Part shown: positions 51,315 through 60,817 of the stretch, piece by piece
Position numbering within the stretch: position 1 is the first letter of the stretch
How the letters are laid out: every line of letters begins with the position of its first letter
DNA from: Chloroflexia bacterium
Lineage (GTDB): Bacteria; Chloroflexota; Chloroflexia; QHBQ01; JADMIH01
DNA: 64,000 nt
Direction: 5' to 3'
Assembly (NCBI GenBank): GCA_036388595.1
Contig: DASVRN010000269.1
Location: 1,628 to 65,627, forward strand
The notes under the pieces: generated by a model
Database searches by the model: none
Seen by the model: only the letters and a program-made list of their open reading frames with translations
What the model was told of the DNA's origin: nothing
Translations under genes and position numbers: made by a program

Positions 51315-53375
51315 CTACTTGAACTGGTAGCTGATTCTATAATGCCACAGCAGCATCGCCTCGACGGCGAAAAACACCACCACGAGAAGCGACAGCAGGC
51401 GTCCGCTGCTGCCCCTGCGCCACACACACGACAGCAACAACCCGGCACCCAGTGCGATTACAGGTAGCGCCGAGAGCATGTAGCGCACGTAGACGCTGGT
51501 TGCCCAGCCCACAATGGCGAACAGCGCCACTACGCCGAACCACGCGCCGCCCGCCAGGACGAACCGCAGCCGCTCGCGTCCACGGGGATGTGCGAGAAGC
51601 CCCTTTACCGGGAGCACCAGCACAAGCCCGAGGACTGCCGCCAGCACCGGCCACCCCCGGTAGTAGGCGACGACCTCCCGCCACACACCCTCTAGCCCAC
51701 CCAGCACCCACCGGCTGCGACTCCTCACTTCCCAGTTGATGAGGCCCAGGCTTGCGTCCTCCACCGAGCCGCCCACTACGCGACTGAAGCCCTCCCCCTG
51801 GCTCGCCTGTGCCCTTTCGGCTCCGATGCGAGCCAGGCTGTCTAACATTTGCCCCGTGAAATGGTGGTAGTAGACCGCGTAGGATATACCCGCAGACAGC
51901 ACCAACGATACAAGCAGCCATGCCCCCGCACGCCTCGTAGCGCCACGCCTAGCCAGCCACAGTACGCCGACCAATCCAAAAGCTACCCCACTCAACGCGA
52001 CCACGCCGGGGTGGCTGAGCAACGTAACCGCCAGCAGTATGACGAGCGCCCAGAAGACAGGTCTCGTGGGAGCCAGGTTCCCGGCACTACCAAACGCGAC
52101 CGCCAGCGAGCAAAGCATGAAGAACTCGCCAAAAATATTCGGAGTGATGCCCCAGGAGTAAGGCAACACTGACATGGGAAGCGACACGTACAGCAGGGCA
52201 GCCAGGACTCCCGCTCGCCCACCAGGCAGGAGTCGCCGGGCAATGTAGTAGATGGGCAGCACACCGAGCGTTCCCAGGAGGACGGTGAGCACCCTTATGG
52301 CTAGCCTGCCGTCGGCGAGCAGCCAGTCAAGAGGCATGGCGAACAGGTAAGCTGTGGGCAGATAGAAGGTCTCGTGTCCGGTGCCCCCGAACTCGGCTGG
52401 TGCGTTGGTGAAGAGTAATTGGCCGGTCTGCACCAGGCGCAAGTGGTTCAGGTGAAAGCCGAGGTCGTAGACGAAGATTTGAGGGTGTAGCTGCCCGGCC
52501 AGGCGCACCACGAACGCGACAAACAGTACGGTGAGAAGCAGCATGCGCTCCGCACGCGACCACACGACCCCGCCCAGGCGTAGCAACCACCCACCCAACA
52601 ACCAGGCAAGCCCCACAACCACCCCGCCCAGCAACAACACGCCAGCCCACACCCCATACCACTCCCCGGTGGTGAGCCAGAGACGGTCAAGCACCAGGAG
52701 GCCCCCTGCCAGCAGTCCGGGGAGACTCGCGCCAAGACCGACCAGGCCCCTCCCCCAGCCCAACAATGACAGCAACAATCCAGCCAGGACGGCCGCGAGC
52801 AAGACGGACACAAGCACCGGAAGCGCAGGCGTAAGTATCCCCGGCCCGCCCTGTACTGGTTGCACGGCAATGCGGGTTACGATGAGACCAAGCTCGCGCG
52901 CGTCTCCCGGCACCTGGAAGGTATTGCTGGAAAGCTCCAGGGTAAAGCTACCGCGTTGGGACTCGAGCAACGAAGTGGGGACGACAAACGTATAGGTCTC
53001 CACTTGGGGCGGCGGTTGGACCTGTAGAAGTACTTCACCGTTTACCTGTGCGGTGAGCACCGGAGGGGGCGTATCAGGAGGTCGCGAGCCGTTGACCGTG
53101 AGGGTTATCGAATATGGCTGCGCTCCCAGGTCGGTGAACGTCACACGGCCGTAGCCGCTAAGCCACCTGAAGGTCCGGTAGCCCAGGTCCACGCCCTCCG
53201 GCACCCGCTCCGGCCCACTGAAGCCATCGAGTAGAGGCGCGTCCGTGGGCGAGCCGACGATGACTTGCTGCGTCGGGCGCGACTGGTAGCCTAACACCAC
53301 CAGCAGACACGAGATGAGGGCACCTGCATAGATGCCGGGATTGAGCAAGGTCCTGAGCACGGGGCGCAGGCTCAC
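51315..53375 (-). CDS. Paralog 4 of the tandem polytopic membrane-protein family
   Basis: Same architecture; FVVRLAGQLHPQIFVYDLGFHLNHLRLVQTGQLLFTNAPAEFGGTGHETFYLPTAYLF block shared with paralog 3. Confidence 0.45.
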   Translation of the reverse strand: MSLRPVLRTLLNPGIYAGALISCLLVVLGYQSRPTQQVIVGSPTDAPLLDGFSGPERVPEGVDLGYRTFRWLSGYGRVTFTDLGAQPYSITLTVNGSRPPDTPPPVLTAQVNGEVLLQVQPPPQVETYTFVVPTSLLESQRGSFTLELSSNTFQVPGDARELGLIVTRIAVQPVQGGPGILTPALPVLVSVLLAAVLAGLLLSLLGWGRGLVGLGASLPGLLAGGLLVLDRLWLTTGEWYGVWAGVLLLGGVVVGLAWLLGGWLLRLGGVVWSRAERMLLLTVLFVAFVVRLAGQLHPQIFVYDLGFHLNHLRLVQTGQLLFTNAPAEFGGTGHETFYLPTAYLFAMPLDWLLADGRLAIRVLTVLLGTLGVLPIYYIARRLLPGGRAGVLAALLYVSLPMSVLPYSWGITPNIFGEFFMLCSLAVAFGSAGNLAPTRPVFWALVILLAVTLLSHPGVVALSGVAFGLVGVLWLARRGATRRAGAWLLVSLVLSAGISYAVYYHHFTGQMLDSLARIGAERAQASQGEGFSRVVGGSVEDASLGLINWEVRSRSRWVLGGLEGVWREVVAYYRGWPVLAAVLGLVLVLPVKGLLAHPRGRERLRFVLAGGAWFGVVALFAIVGWATSVYVRYMLSALPVIALGAGLLLSCVWRRGSSGRLLSLLVVVFFAVEAMLLWHYRISYQFK

Positions 53376-55621
53376 CGCGCATTGCTCCCCGTGCTGCCTC
53401 CAGTGTTGTGCTTGTAGAGCGTGACGAACTCGTTGGACCAGACCTGTTGGCCCGCCGAGAAGCCGTACTGCGCCGGGTCCTCTCCGGTCCAGAGTAGCGC
53501 GAAGTCGGGGGTCGGTGCCGGTTGCGGTGCCTGTATGGGCTGCCCGAAGCTAAGCCGCGACTCGCCGTACTGGAGGTGGTCGCGCAGGTAGAAAGCAAGT
53601 GCGGCCATGTAGCCCCCGTACACAGTCTCAGCGCCCTCGCGTGCGGGGTCGTTCTCAGGGTTCGCCAACAGCAACGAGGCACCTGCGGGTATTAGTCCGG
53701 CTAGCTCCTGTGCGTCGTCCGGCCCGGTGAGGCGGTAGACGCGGTCGGGGCCGAAGTCCTGCACCAACTCGAAATCGTCTACAACTTTGCCTTCTGGAGC
53801 GGTCGAGCGCCACTTGAAGTCCTCACGTTGCGGCCCGCTCAGGTTCTCCAGGTGCGCCACTACGTACTCGACACCCAAAGCTCTCAAGGCACCCAGGCTG
53901 CGCGGGCAAGGGAAGCAGCGCTCGGTCTCCAGCACCAGGGCCGAGTACGCGAAGGGGCGAATGGTGGTGCTGCCGTTGATGGTGTTGTGCCAGTGGTACA
54001 CGCTGTAATACTGGTACATGTTTGCCATCTCGACGCTGGGGTCGCCTCGTTTGTAGTGGGTCATCGGGTATTCCAGGATGACGCTCTGGGGTTGCGCGGC
54101 AAGCCACTTGTAGACGGCCGGTACCGCGTCTCTAGTGCCCACCGGCTGCATGCTGATGGGCGCGCTCCAACTTTCGGCTACGGGCACAAACGCAACCAGC
54201 ATCGCCACAACCGGCACCAACCTGCGCGCCACTGCTTGCCCCTTTGTCCTCGCCAACAGGTACCTCAACAGGAATAACGCGCCTATACCGGCGAGCACCG
54301 CTAAAGCCAGCGCCGTGACAATCCCGATCCTGGTGACCACGCGCATGCTCTGGAAGCCGGGTACCCACTCGTGCAGAAACAGGTAGGGCAGGGGCATCAC
54401 ACGCTGAATGGCCGCCGGGTCGTAGTTGGAGGGCGCATACCAGGGTTGCAGGCTCGGCCCAAGGGATAACACGGCGGAAATAATTGCCACGATTGCATAG
54501 AACCCGGCATGAAGCCTGAGTGAACCTTTTACGACGCCGTCCGGTACTGACACTGCTCTCCTGCGAAACGCGAGAAGCAAGCCGGCAATCGCCAGCCCCA
54601 GCACGAAGAAACCAGGGAAGGCAGCGCGCTCGATGGCCCAGGGGCCGGGGTCGGCAAAGGGGGCCAGTAACGACCTGTAGGCGGGGCTGCCCTTGAACAC
54701 GGCCAGGAAACTGGCAAGGGTGTTAGAGAAGCGTTCGGCCTCAAAGATGCTGCGGCTGAACTCGAATTGGCCCTGGTCGCGCACGTAGGGGATGGCAATC
54801 GGCAGGATGAACACCAGTGAGCCTGCGAGCCCTGCACCTGCTTTTACCAGGAAGGTGAAGGAGAACACTCTTCGTTGTGCAAGGGCGTAGTAGAGGACGA
54901 ACAGCCCAAGCAGCATCGCGGTGTAGAAGGCCAGGTAATGTCCCGACAGTGCCTGCAAAGTGAAGAAGCCACCCAGCGCCAGCGCCCAGCCCCACTCCCG
55001 CGTCCAGAGCAGCTTGTAGGCGGCCAGCAGCACCAGCGGCATCCATTGGGTGTTATCCAGGGTGATGTGGGGCAGGTGATTTATGCGATAGAAGCAGAAC
55101 GCGAACGCCGTGCCCGCCACGATCCCCGCCCAACTGCTCCCGGTCAATTCGCGCACCAGCAGCCACGTGGCCCATCCCGACAGTACGAAGCTCAGGAAGA
55201 GTATCAGGTTGTGGCTGAGCACCGGGTTGCCGAGCAGGAAGTAGAAGGGGGCCGACAGCACGGCCTGGGCGAACGAAAGCTCGTCAAAGGTGAGCGTTCC
55301 ACGGAAGGGGTACATGATATTGCTGTTGAAGAGGTCGAACGGCTGGGTCGCCAGCGCGTGCGCCTGCCACGCCATCGCCCACACGCTGTAAAGTGGATCG
55401 CCCTTGTCCATGACGAAGCCGCCTAATTGCGGGAACATCGGCCAGGTGGCGACGATGGTGAGCAGCGTGAAAGCGCCGAGCACGGCCAGGTGCGGCAGCA
55501 GTCTCGACATCCTTGAGGGTCGTGCGGGTACGGTAAGGTCAGCCCGCTCCGGAGCCACCTCTTCAGCCGGCTCGGGCTCGACCACGCTTGTAGCCGCGAA
55601 TTGCAGACGACCTACTTTCAT
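53372..55621 (-). CDS. 749-aa polytopic membrane protein homologous to the 21003-22973 product; GT-C-like, possibly YfhO/PTPS-related-type
   Basis: N-region GDPLYSVWAMAWQAHALATQPFDLFNSNIMYPFRGTLTFDELSFAQAVL aligns with the 21003 gene; more than 12 TM plus C-terminal soluble domain. Confidence 0.4.
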   Translation of the reverse strand: MKVGRLQFAATSVVEPEPAEEVAPERADLTVPARPSRMSRLLPHLAVLGAFTLLTIVATWPMFPQLGGFVMDKGDPLYSVWAMAWQAHALATQPFDLFNSNIMYPFRGTLTFDELSFAQAVLSAPFYFLLGNPVLSHNLILFLSFVLSGWATWLLVRELTGSSWAGIVAGTAFAFCFYRINHLPHITLDNTQWMPLVLLAAYKLLWTREWGWALALGGFFTLQALSGHYLAFYTAMLLGLFVLYYALAQRRVFSFTFLVKAGAGLAGSLVFILPIAIPYVRDQGQFEFSRSIFEAERFSNTLASFLAVFKGSPAYRSLLAPFADPGPWAIERAAFPGFFVLGLAIAGLLLAFRRRAVSVPDGVVKGSLRLHAGFYAIVAIISAVLSLGPSLQPWYAPSNYDPAAIQRVMPLPYLFLHEWVPGFQSMRVVTRIGIVTALALAVLAGIGALFLLRYLLARTKGQAVARRLVPVVAMLVAFVPVAESWSAPISMQPVGTRDAVPAVYKWLAAQPQSVILEYPMTHYKRGDPSVEMANMYQYYSVYHWHNTINGSTTIRPFAYSALVLETERCFPCPRSLGALRALGVEYVVAHLENLSGPQREDFKWRSTAPEGKVVDDFELVQDFGPDRVYRLTGPDDAQELAGLIPAGASLLLANPENDPAREGAETVYGGYMAALAFYLRDHLQYGESRLSFGQPIQAPQPAPTPDFALLWTGEDPAQYGFSAGQQVWSNEFVTLYKHNTGGSTGSNAR

Positions 55622-56853
55622 GCGCCCTTTCGACCTTCCAGGCGTCCCGCTACGTGTCTAAGCACTTTCAACAAAGCGTCGGCACCCTTCTCCCACTGGA
55701 ACTGGCTGTGCACGAAGTTGGACCCGGCACTTCCCATCGCCCGCGCCCTCTCCAGGTCCGACAGCAGGTCCGCCGTTGCACTCCCCAGGGCACCGGGCGT
55801 GGCCGGTACGAGGTAGCCGCTACTGCCGTGCTGCACCGTGTCACAGGGGCCGCCCTCGTTCACCGACACAACCGGCAGTCCAAGCCCCAGCGCTTCGATC
55901 ACCGACAGGCCGAAGCTCTCCTCCCGCCCGGTGTGCATGTAGACGTTACCCAGGGCGTAGTGTGCGGGTAGTTCTTCCTCCGGCACCGCCCCTGTGAAGA
56001 TGACATCCCGCCCCGCGACCATGCCTAACGACTCGGCCAACGTCTCCAGCGATGCACGTTCAGGCCCGCCGCCCACGATCAATCCTACCGTGCCCGGTAC
56101 CTGCTCTGTGGCATGATGCACAGCGCGGATGAAGAGGTCTATGCGCTTCCGAGGGTGCAGGTGGTTTACGGTGACCACCACACGCTTGCCATGCAAACCG
56201 TACCGCTCGCGGAGGCTTTCAAGCGTTGCCGGGTCAGGTTCGCGGAAGTCCATGCCGTGCTCGATCACGACCGCCTTGCGCTTGTAGGCGTTCCAAATGC
56301 GCCTTGAGCCATAGGGGCTGTTGGAAAGCACCCGGTGAGCCGAGCGCACCATAGCCTGGTCGAGCCGCCGGTAGACACGAAAGGCTGGTGACATGAGCCT
56401 GCCCAGCGTGCCAAGCCGCGAGACAATATCGCCTGTGTCGCTATAGATGAAGCGCGGCGGCTCGAAGCAGAAATAAAGCACAGGCACGCGCCTACGCAAT
56501 AGTGGCAGCCATATCCGCCGTGCGAACCACATAGCGGGGACGCTTGGCGGTCCAAAGAAGACCACTCCGCTCAACTTCTTGCGCGGGATGCCCAGGGCCA
56601 GCGCCGGACCGAGCGCGTACTCAGCGGCAGCGTCGATATAGTGGTTGCCCGTGAGTTGGAGCGGCATACCCGACTCGATCAGCCCCACTCCCTCACCGAG
56701 CGCGGGAAGGCATTCGTCGGCAATGTGGTGGGTGAGCAATACGACCTGCTCGCGCCCCTCCAATGCCTTAGCGGTGTAGCCTGCCAGCTTCAGTATCAGC
56801 CGCTCGGCCCCCGTAAGCTTCTTTAGCTGAGGGTAGAAAAAGACAAGCGCCAA
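55618..56853 (-). CDS. GT4-family glycosyltransferase
   Basis: REESFGLSVIEALGLGLPVVSVNEGGPCDTV. Confidence 0.75.
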   Translation of the reverse strand: MALVFFYPQLKKLTGAERLILKLAGYTAKALEGREQVVLLTHHIADECLPALGEGVGLIESGMPLQLTGNHYIDAAAEYALGPALALGIPRKKLSGVVFFGPPSVPAMWFARRIWLPLLRRRVPVLYFCFEPPRFIYSDTGDIVSRLGTLGRLMSPAFRVYRRLDQAMVRSAHRVLSNSPYGSRRIWNAYKRKAVVIEHGMDFREPDPATLESLRERYGLHGKRVVVTVNHLHPRKRIDLFIRAVHHATEQVPGTVGLIVGGGPERASLETLAESLGMVAGRDVIFTGAVPEEELPAHYALGNVYMHTGREESFGLSVIEALGLGLPVVSVNEGGPCDTVQHGSSGYLVPATPGALGSATADLLSDLERARAMGSAGSNFVHSQFQWEKGADALLKVLRHVAGRLEGRKGA

Positions 56854-57048
56854 TCAGCTTTGCTTCCCAGGAAGTTCCGCTTCTTCTTCCAGCATGATGG
56901 GGATGCCTTCGCGCACGGGGTAGGCCCGCCCGCACTGCTCGCACACCAGCCGGTCACCCTGTAGATTCACTTTCGCCTTGTCCACCGGGCAAACCAGTAT
57001 TTCCAGAAGCTCGCGGGGCACCGTCGCCTCGTTTGACATGTTGTTCAC
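56854..57048 (-). CDS. Trm112/YcaR-like (UPF0434) small zinc-ribbon protein
   Basis: [14 protein letters not shown]...[24 protein letters not shown] matches the Trm112-like pattern. Confidence 0.6.
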   Translation of the reverse strand: MNNMSNEATVPRELLEILVCPVDKAKVNLQGDRLVCEQCGRAYPVREGIPIMLEEEAELPGKQS

Positions 57049-57059
57049 TCCTCCGCCGT

Positions 57060-58652
57060 CTACCGGGGTACGTATATATTCTCAACGTTGCGCTGATCCA
57101 GTTTATAATTATCACGCAGGGCCTGCAAGATGCCGGGCGAAACGTCCCCCGCGCCGGGATTGGGGTCAAAGATATTGATGCGTAAGATCACCTGCGCGAA
57201 GCCTTTGCGCCTTATCTCGGCCACAAGCTTGCTCTCGTCCCAGCGCCCGTATTGAGTGGCATGCGTCTGCGTATAAGGGTCGGTCGTCCAGAGCCGCTTG
57301 CCTGTAGTTAGCAGCAGTCCCACGTTGTCCGAGTAGGCGGGGCCGCCGTTGTTGGTCACGTACTGGAAGATCTTGTGCATCTCGCCCGCTATCTCAGGGT
57401 GCATCGGCCTGAAGGAACGCTCCAGCCAGGCCGGGTTCGAGAAGAGCGAGGGTAGAGCCAATACTACCACGAGAGCTACCCCCACCGCCGCGACCCTTAC
57501 GCCCAGGTACTCCGCACGCCGGGTCAGCCCCGCCGCCATGCCCAGCCCCAACCCTCCCGCAGCCGCCCAGTCGAGCAGGTGGTTGTGATTACCGCCTAGC
57601 GTGCCGGTGCCTATCGACACGAAGACGCTCATGCCCAGGTGGGCCAGCAGCAGGATAGCACCCCGGTGCAGCGTGTCCAGCCTGGCGCTCCGTTGAGACA
57701 CCCGCACCCACAGCGAGCGCAGGCCCACTAGCAGCAAAGCAACCATACCGGGCACAAGGAACACGGCATAGGTGGTAGCAAAGTTGCTGACGTACAGTGC
57801 GAAACGGTCGGCCATCCAGGGCAGGTCGTGCACGGGGCTGGGCAGGCCAGGCAACTCGAAGGTGCCCTGGTGGTAGTAATAGCCGCCGTCGGTCATCCAG
57901 GTGAGGATGGCACTCGGAACGAACGCACCCAGGGCGTACGCGCCCAAGAAGCCCAGACCCATACGAGGCCGCATTACCAGCAGCCAGAATATGCCCGCAG
58001 CAGCCGCGGCAATCGCTGTCTGCTTGGTGTAGAAGGCGGCCAAGAAAAACAGCAGCGCCCACCACGCCTGCCGCTCCGGCTTGGCTAGCAGCCACCACAG
58101 CCCCGCGAAACCCAGCGCCACCGCCGTCATGTCGGGCTTGACCAGGCTGCCCCAGAAGGTGACCACCCCCAGCGACCACCAGGCAGCAGCGCCTATTGCA
58201 CCCGCCAGCCTGTCCCTCGTAAGCGCCACCACGATGCCGAATATCGCCACGCCCACGAAGATAGTCGCCAGTATCGAGATCGTGCGCCCGACCTTGAAGG
58301 TAGGCTCGCTCCCCGCCAGGTGCTGACCCGGCAACGCTAGCAGGTAGAACAGTGGCGGATAAGGGGCGGAGATGAAGAGGTCGGGGCCGGGCACATCAAA
58401 AATAGGTACCCCCTGGTCCAGCAGCATCGTCTCGGCAACTATCATGCCTTCCGACTCGTCAAACTGGAACGGGTAAGCCCACATCTGCGCCGAGGTAGCA
58501 GCCGAAAAGGCGCTCTTGGCGACCAAACCTACCAGCAGAAGCACCAGCACACCGGTAAGCGCCCAGCTTGCGAGCCGCCACACCTCTGGCCTGTCCGGCA
58601 CCGAAAAGTGCCGGTTACTCTGTATTTCCTCTGGATTCCTTACCGTTGGCAT
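57060..58652 (-). CDS. GT-C-fold polytopic membrane glycosyltransferase-like protein (PMT_2/ArnT-like)
   Basis: First loop [16 protein letters not shown] acidic DE motif; about 11 TM; C-terminal soluble domain. Confidence 0.45.
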   Translation of the reverse strand: MPTVRNPEEIQSNRHFSVPDRPEVWRLASWALTGVLVLLLVGLVAKSAFSAATSAQMWAYPFQFDESEGMIVAETMLLDQGVPIFDVPGPDLFISAPYPPLFYLLALPGQHLAGSEPTFKVGRTISILATIFVGVAIFGIVVALTRDRLAGAIGAAAWWSLGVVTFWGSLVKPDMTAVALGFAGLWWLLAKPERQAWWALLFFLAAFYTKQTAIAAAAAGIFWLLVMRPRMGLGFLGAYALGAFVPSAILTWMTDGGYYYHQGTFELPGLPSPVHDLPWMADRFALYVSNFATTYAVFLVPGMVALLLVGLRSLWVRVSQRSARLDTLHRGAILLLAHLGMSVFVSIGTGTLGGNHNHLLDWAAAGGLGLGMAAGLTRRAEYLGVRVAAVGVALVVVLALPSLFSNPAWLERSFRPMHPEIAGEMHKIFQYVTNNGGPAYSDNVGLLLTTGKRLWTTDPYTQTHATQYGRWDESKLVAEIRRKGFAQVILRINIFDPNPGAGDVSPGILQALRDNYKLDQRNVENIYVPR

Positions 58653-60817
58653 CCGATGACCTTTGTTACTTGCACCCCGACCAATCTTGGATCGCTGCCC
58701 GACACGATGAAGGAGTTCACATCTAGCTCAAGCGGGCTCTTTGCGTCGTTTGGAAGAAGGATGAACTCCGAAGTAGTCCAGTCGGCGGAGTTTGGAAGGG
58801 ATATGTCGTCAGAAGATCGTCGGTTATACGGACCGACGCTCGACGTTAGAGTCGCTATGGCTTGAGGCAGTCCCGATGGCCGCCAACCGTTCCACTCCAG
58901 CGCACATACTCCCGAGCTCAGACCTCGGACCTCCGCAGTGTCCTTGCTCCAGCGGAAGGCTCGTCCATCGCCATCTCTTTCGGGGCCGTGGAACCCTCTC
59001 ACATACCCTACATCAAGACCGCTACCCACGTCGATGCTTTGCACCGCTTCAGGGCGCAGGTGGTCCCAGGCCCAGCGCAACGCCTCGTCTCCCGCCACCT
59101 GGACCACCCTCGCATTGAAGAACGAGCGAGCATCATCGTGGTTGCCCCGCATGCTCGCGGCCTGACCTCGCAGAATGGGTGGCTCGTAGCGGTCCTCCGG
59201 CTCGTCCTGCCTGAGCACCGACATGGCTTCATCGGGCCTACCTTGCTGTAGGAGGGCGGCTGCCAGTCCGTAGCGAGTGTCGCCCACGTTCATGTCGGCT
59301 GCGCGGTAGCTATTCACCGCAAAGTCAGAGTTCCCTGACATGAGCCATCGTTCGCCCTCTCGGTAGGGTGCCTGGCGCTCCCACGCCTGCATGCCGCTTA
59401 GCGTGTCACCGAACGGCACGTTCAGCACCACGACCGCAAATATCGCCAACGTGGCAGCCACAGAAGCTAGACGTGTGACTAAATGGGTAGACCGAAGTGC
59501 TTGCAGGCGCGGCAGAGCCGTAATGCCCATCGCAGCCCACGGCAGCAACGACGCTACCACCGGCATGCGAAACCGTGTGACCGCGAAAAAGACGAACGAC
59601 ATGACCACCCAGAGTAGCACCCACCCAAGCGTAAGCCACTTCAGCGACGTAGGCTTCGACAAGGCCAGCCCCACGACCGCCAGCAGCAGAATAGCCACGT
59701 ACAGCAAGTTGTCGAACACGAACAAGAATCCGAGGTGCCATGACGGGACCCTGCCCGAAGGGTACCCGCGCACCGCGTTCTCCTCGGCGCTGAGTAGCGG
59801 CTTCCACAGGTCCAGGGACTCCTTCAGTCCCTTGCCCACGAAGACAGCCGGGTCTGTGACAATAATGTCCCAGGCGCGCGACAAGGCGTAGTCCTGCCGC
59901 TCGCCCTGGCCCTGGATGCGCCGAAGTTCATCCTGCATTCTCGGCTCGTCACGCACTCCCAGGCTGGCTAGCCACAGATTGTATCCACCTGTCGTGTCAA
60001 CCGGGATGAAGCGATGATAGGCAGCGTAGTTGCGTGCGGTCCAGGGCAGCAAGGTAGCCAGCGCGACCAGCACCAACAGCGCCGCCTGGACGAACCGGCG
60101 TCGGAACGTCCAGGCACGCGGAAGGCTAAGCAGCAACCAGAGCGCCGCGATGAAGACGAACAGGAGTGCGGTGGACCGGGTCAGAGTAGCGCAGCCCAGG
60201 AGCACGCCCGCACCCACCAGCCAAAAATAGGCCCGCCGGGTTGAGCCTTCCACCACCAGCCCCAGCCGCGCCTTCCACAGCGCCAGCAGAGCGAATCCGA
60301 ACAGCAGCAGGAATAGCGTCTCTGAGACCAACAGACCAGCAAAGAGCGCGAACGGCACATAGAGAACGCCCAGCGCCAGCGTCCATTGTGCCGCCGCCCT
60401 GCCCCTCACCTCTGCCGCCAACCACCCAAACGGGAGGAGCGATACAGCACTGATTAGCGACTGCGCCACCAGCACGGCCAGGTAGTTGTAGCTGCCGCCT
60501 CCCAGTGAGAACAGGCCACCCAGGAACAACACGTACACGGGTGGCCGGACCCAGATGAAGTCGTTGTAGAAGGCGAAGCCTCGTCCCGCGGCCAGCATAT
60601 GGGCCGCGCTGAAGTACTCGCGCTCGTCAATGACGAAATCGAGAGGGGTGTGCCGGTCCGTGTGTAGGGCGGCATTGTAGAGCACCCGGAAGGCGAACGC
60701 GGCTACTAGCAACGCCCAGGTAAGGGGGTCTTTCCAGAACGAATAGGAGGGTGCGCTGTCGGCGGGCGCGTCGTTCAATTGCAGGGTGACGGTGGTACCG
60801 TTACTGTGCGCCTTCAA
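58640..60817 (-). CDS. GT-C-fold (GT39/GT83-like) membrane glycosyltransferase-like protein with C-terminal TPR-like region
   Basis: First loop FVIDEREYFSAAHMLAAGRGFAF (DExxY motif of the ArnT/PMT family); TPR-like LAAALLQQGRPDEAMSVL... Confidence 0.5.
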   Translation of the reverse strand: MKAHSNGTTVTLQLNDAPADSAPSYSFWKDPLTWALLVAAFAFRVLYNAALHTDRHTPLDFVIDEREYFSAAHMLAAGRGFAFYNDFIWVRPPVYVLFLGGLFSLGGGSYNYLAVLVAQSLISAVSLLPFGWLAAEVRGRAAAQWTLALGVLYVPFALFAGLLVSETLFLLLFGFALLALWKARLGLVVEGSTRRAYFWLVGAGVLLGCATLTRSTALLFVFIAALWLLLSLPRAWTFRRRFVQAALLVLVALATLLPWTARNYAAYHRFIPVDTTGGYNLWLASLGVRDEPRMQDELRRIQGQGERQDYALSRAWDIIVTDPAVFVGKGLKESLDLWKPLLSAEENAVRGYPSGRVPSWHLGFLFVFDNLLYVAILLLAVVGLALSKPTSLKWLTLGWVLLWVVMSFVFFAVTRFRMPVVASLLPWAAMGITALPRLQALRSTHLVTRLASVAATLAIFAVVVLNVPFGDTLSGMQAWERQAPYREGERWLMSGNSDFAVNSYRAADMNVGDTRYGLAAALLQQGRPDEAMSVLRQDEPEDRYEPPILRGQAASMRGNHDDARSFFNARVVQVAGDEALRWAWDHLRPEAVQSIDVGSGLDVGYVRGFHGPERDGDGRAFRWSKDTAEVRGLSSGVCALEWNGWRPSGLPQAIATLTSSVGPYNRRSSDDISLPNSADWTTSEFILLPNDAKSPLELDVNSFIVSGSDPRLVGVQVTKVIGCQR

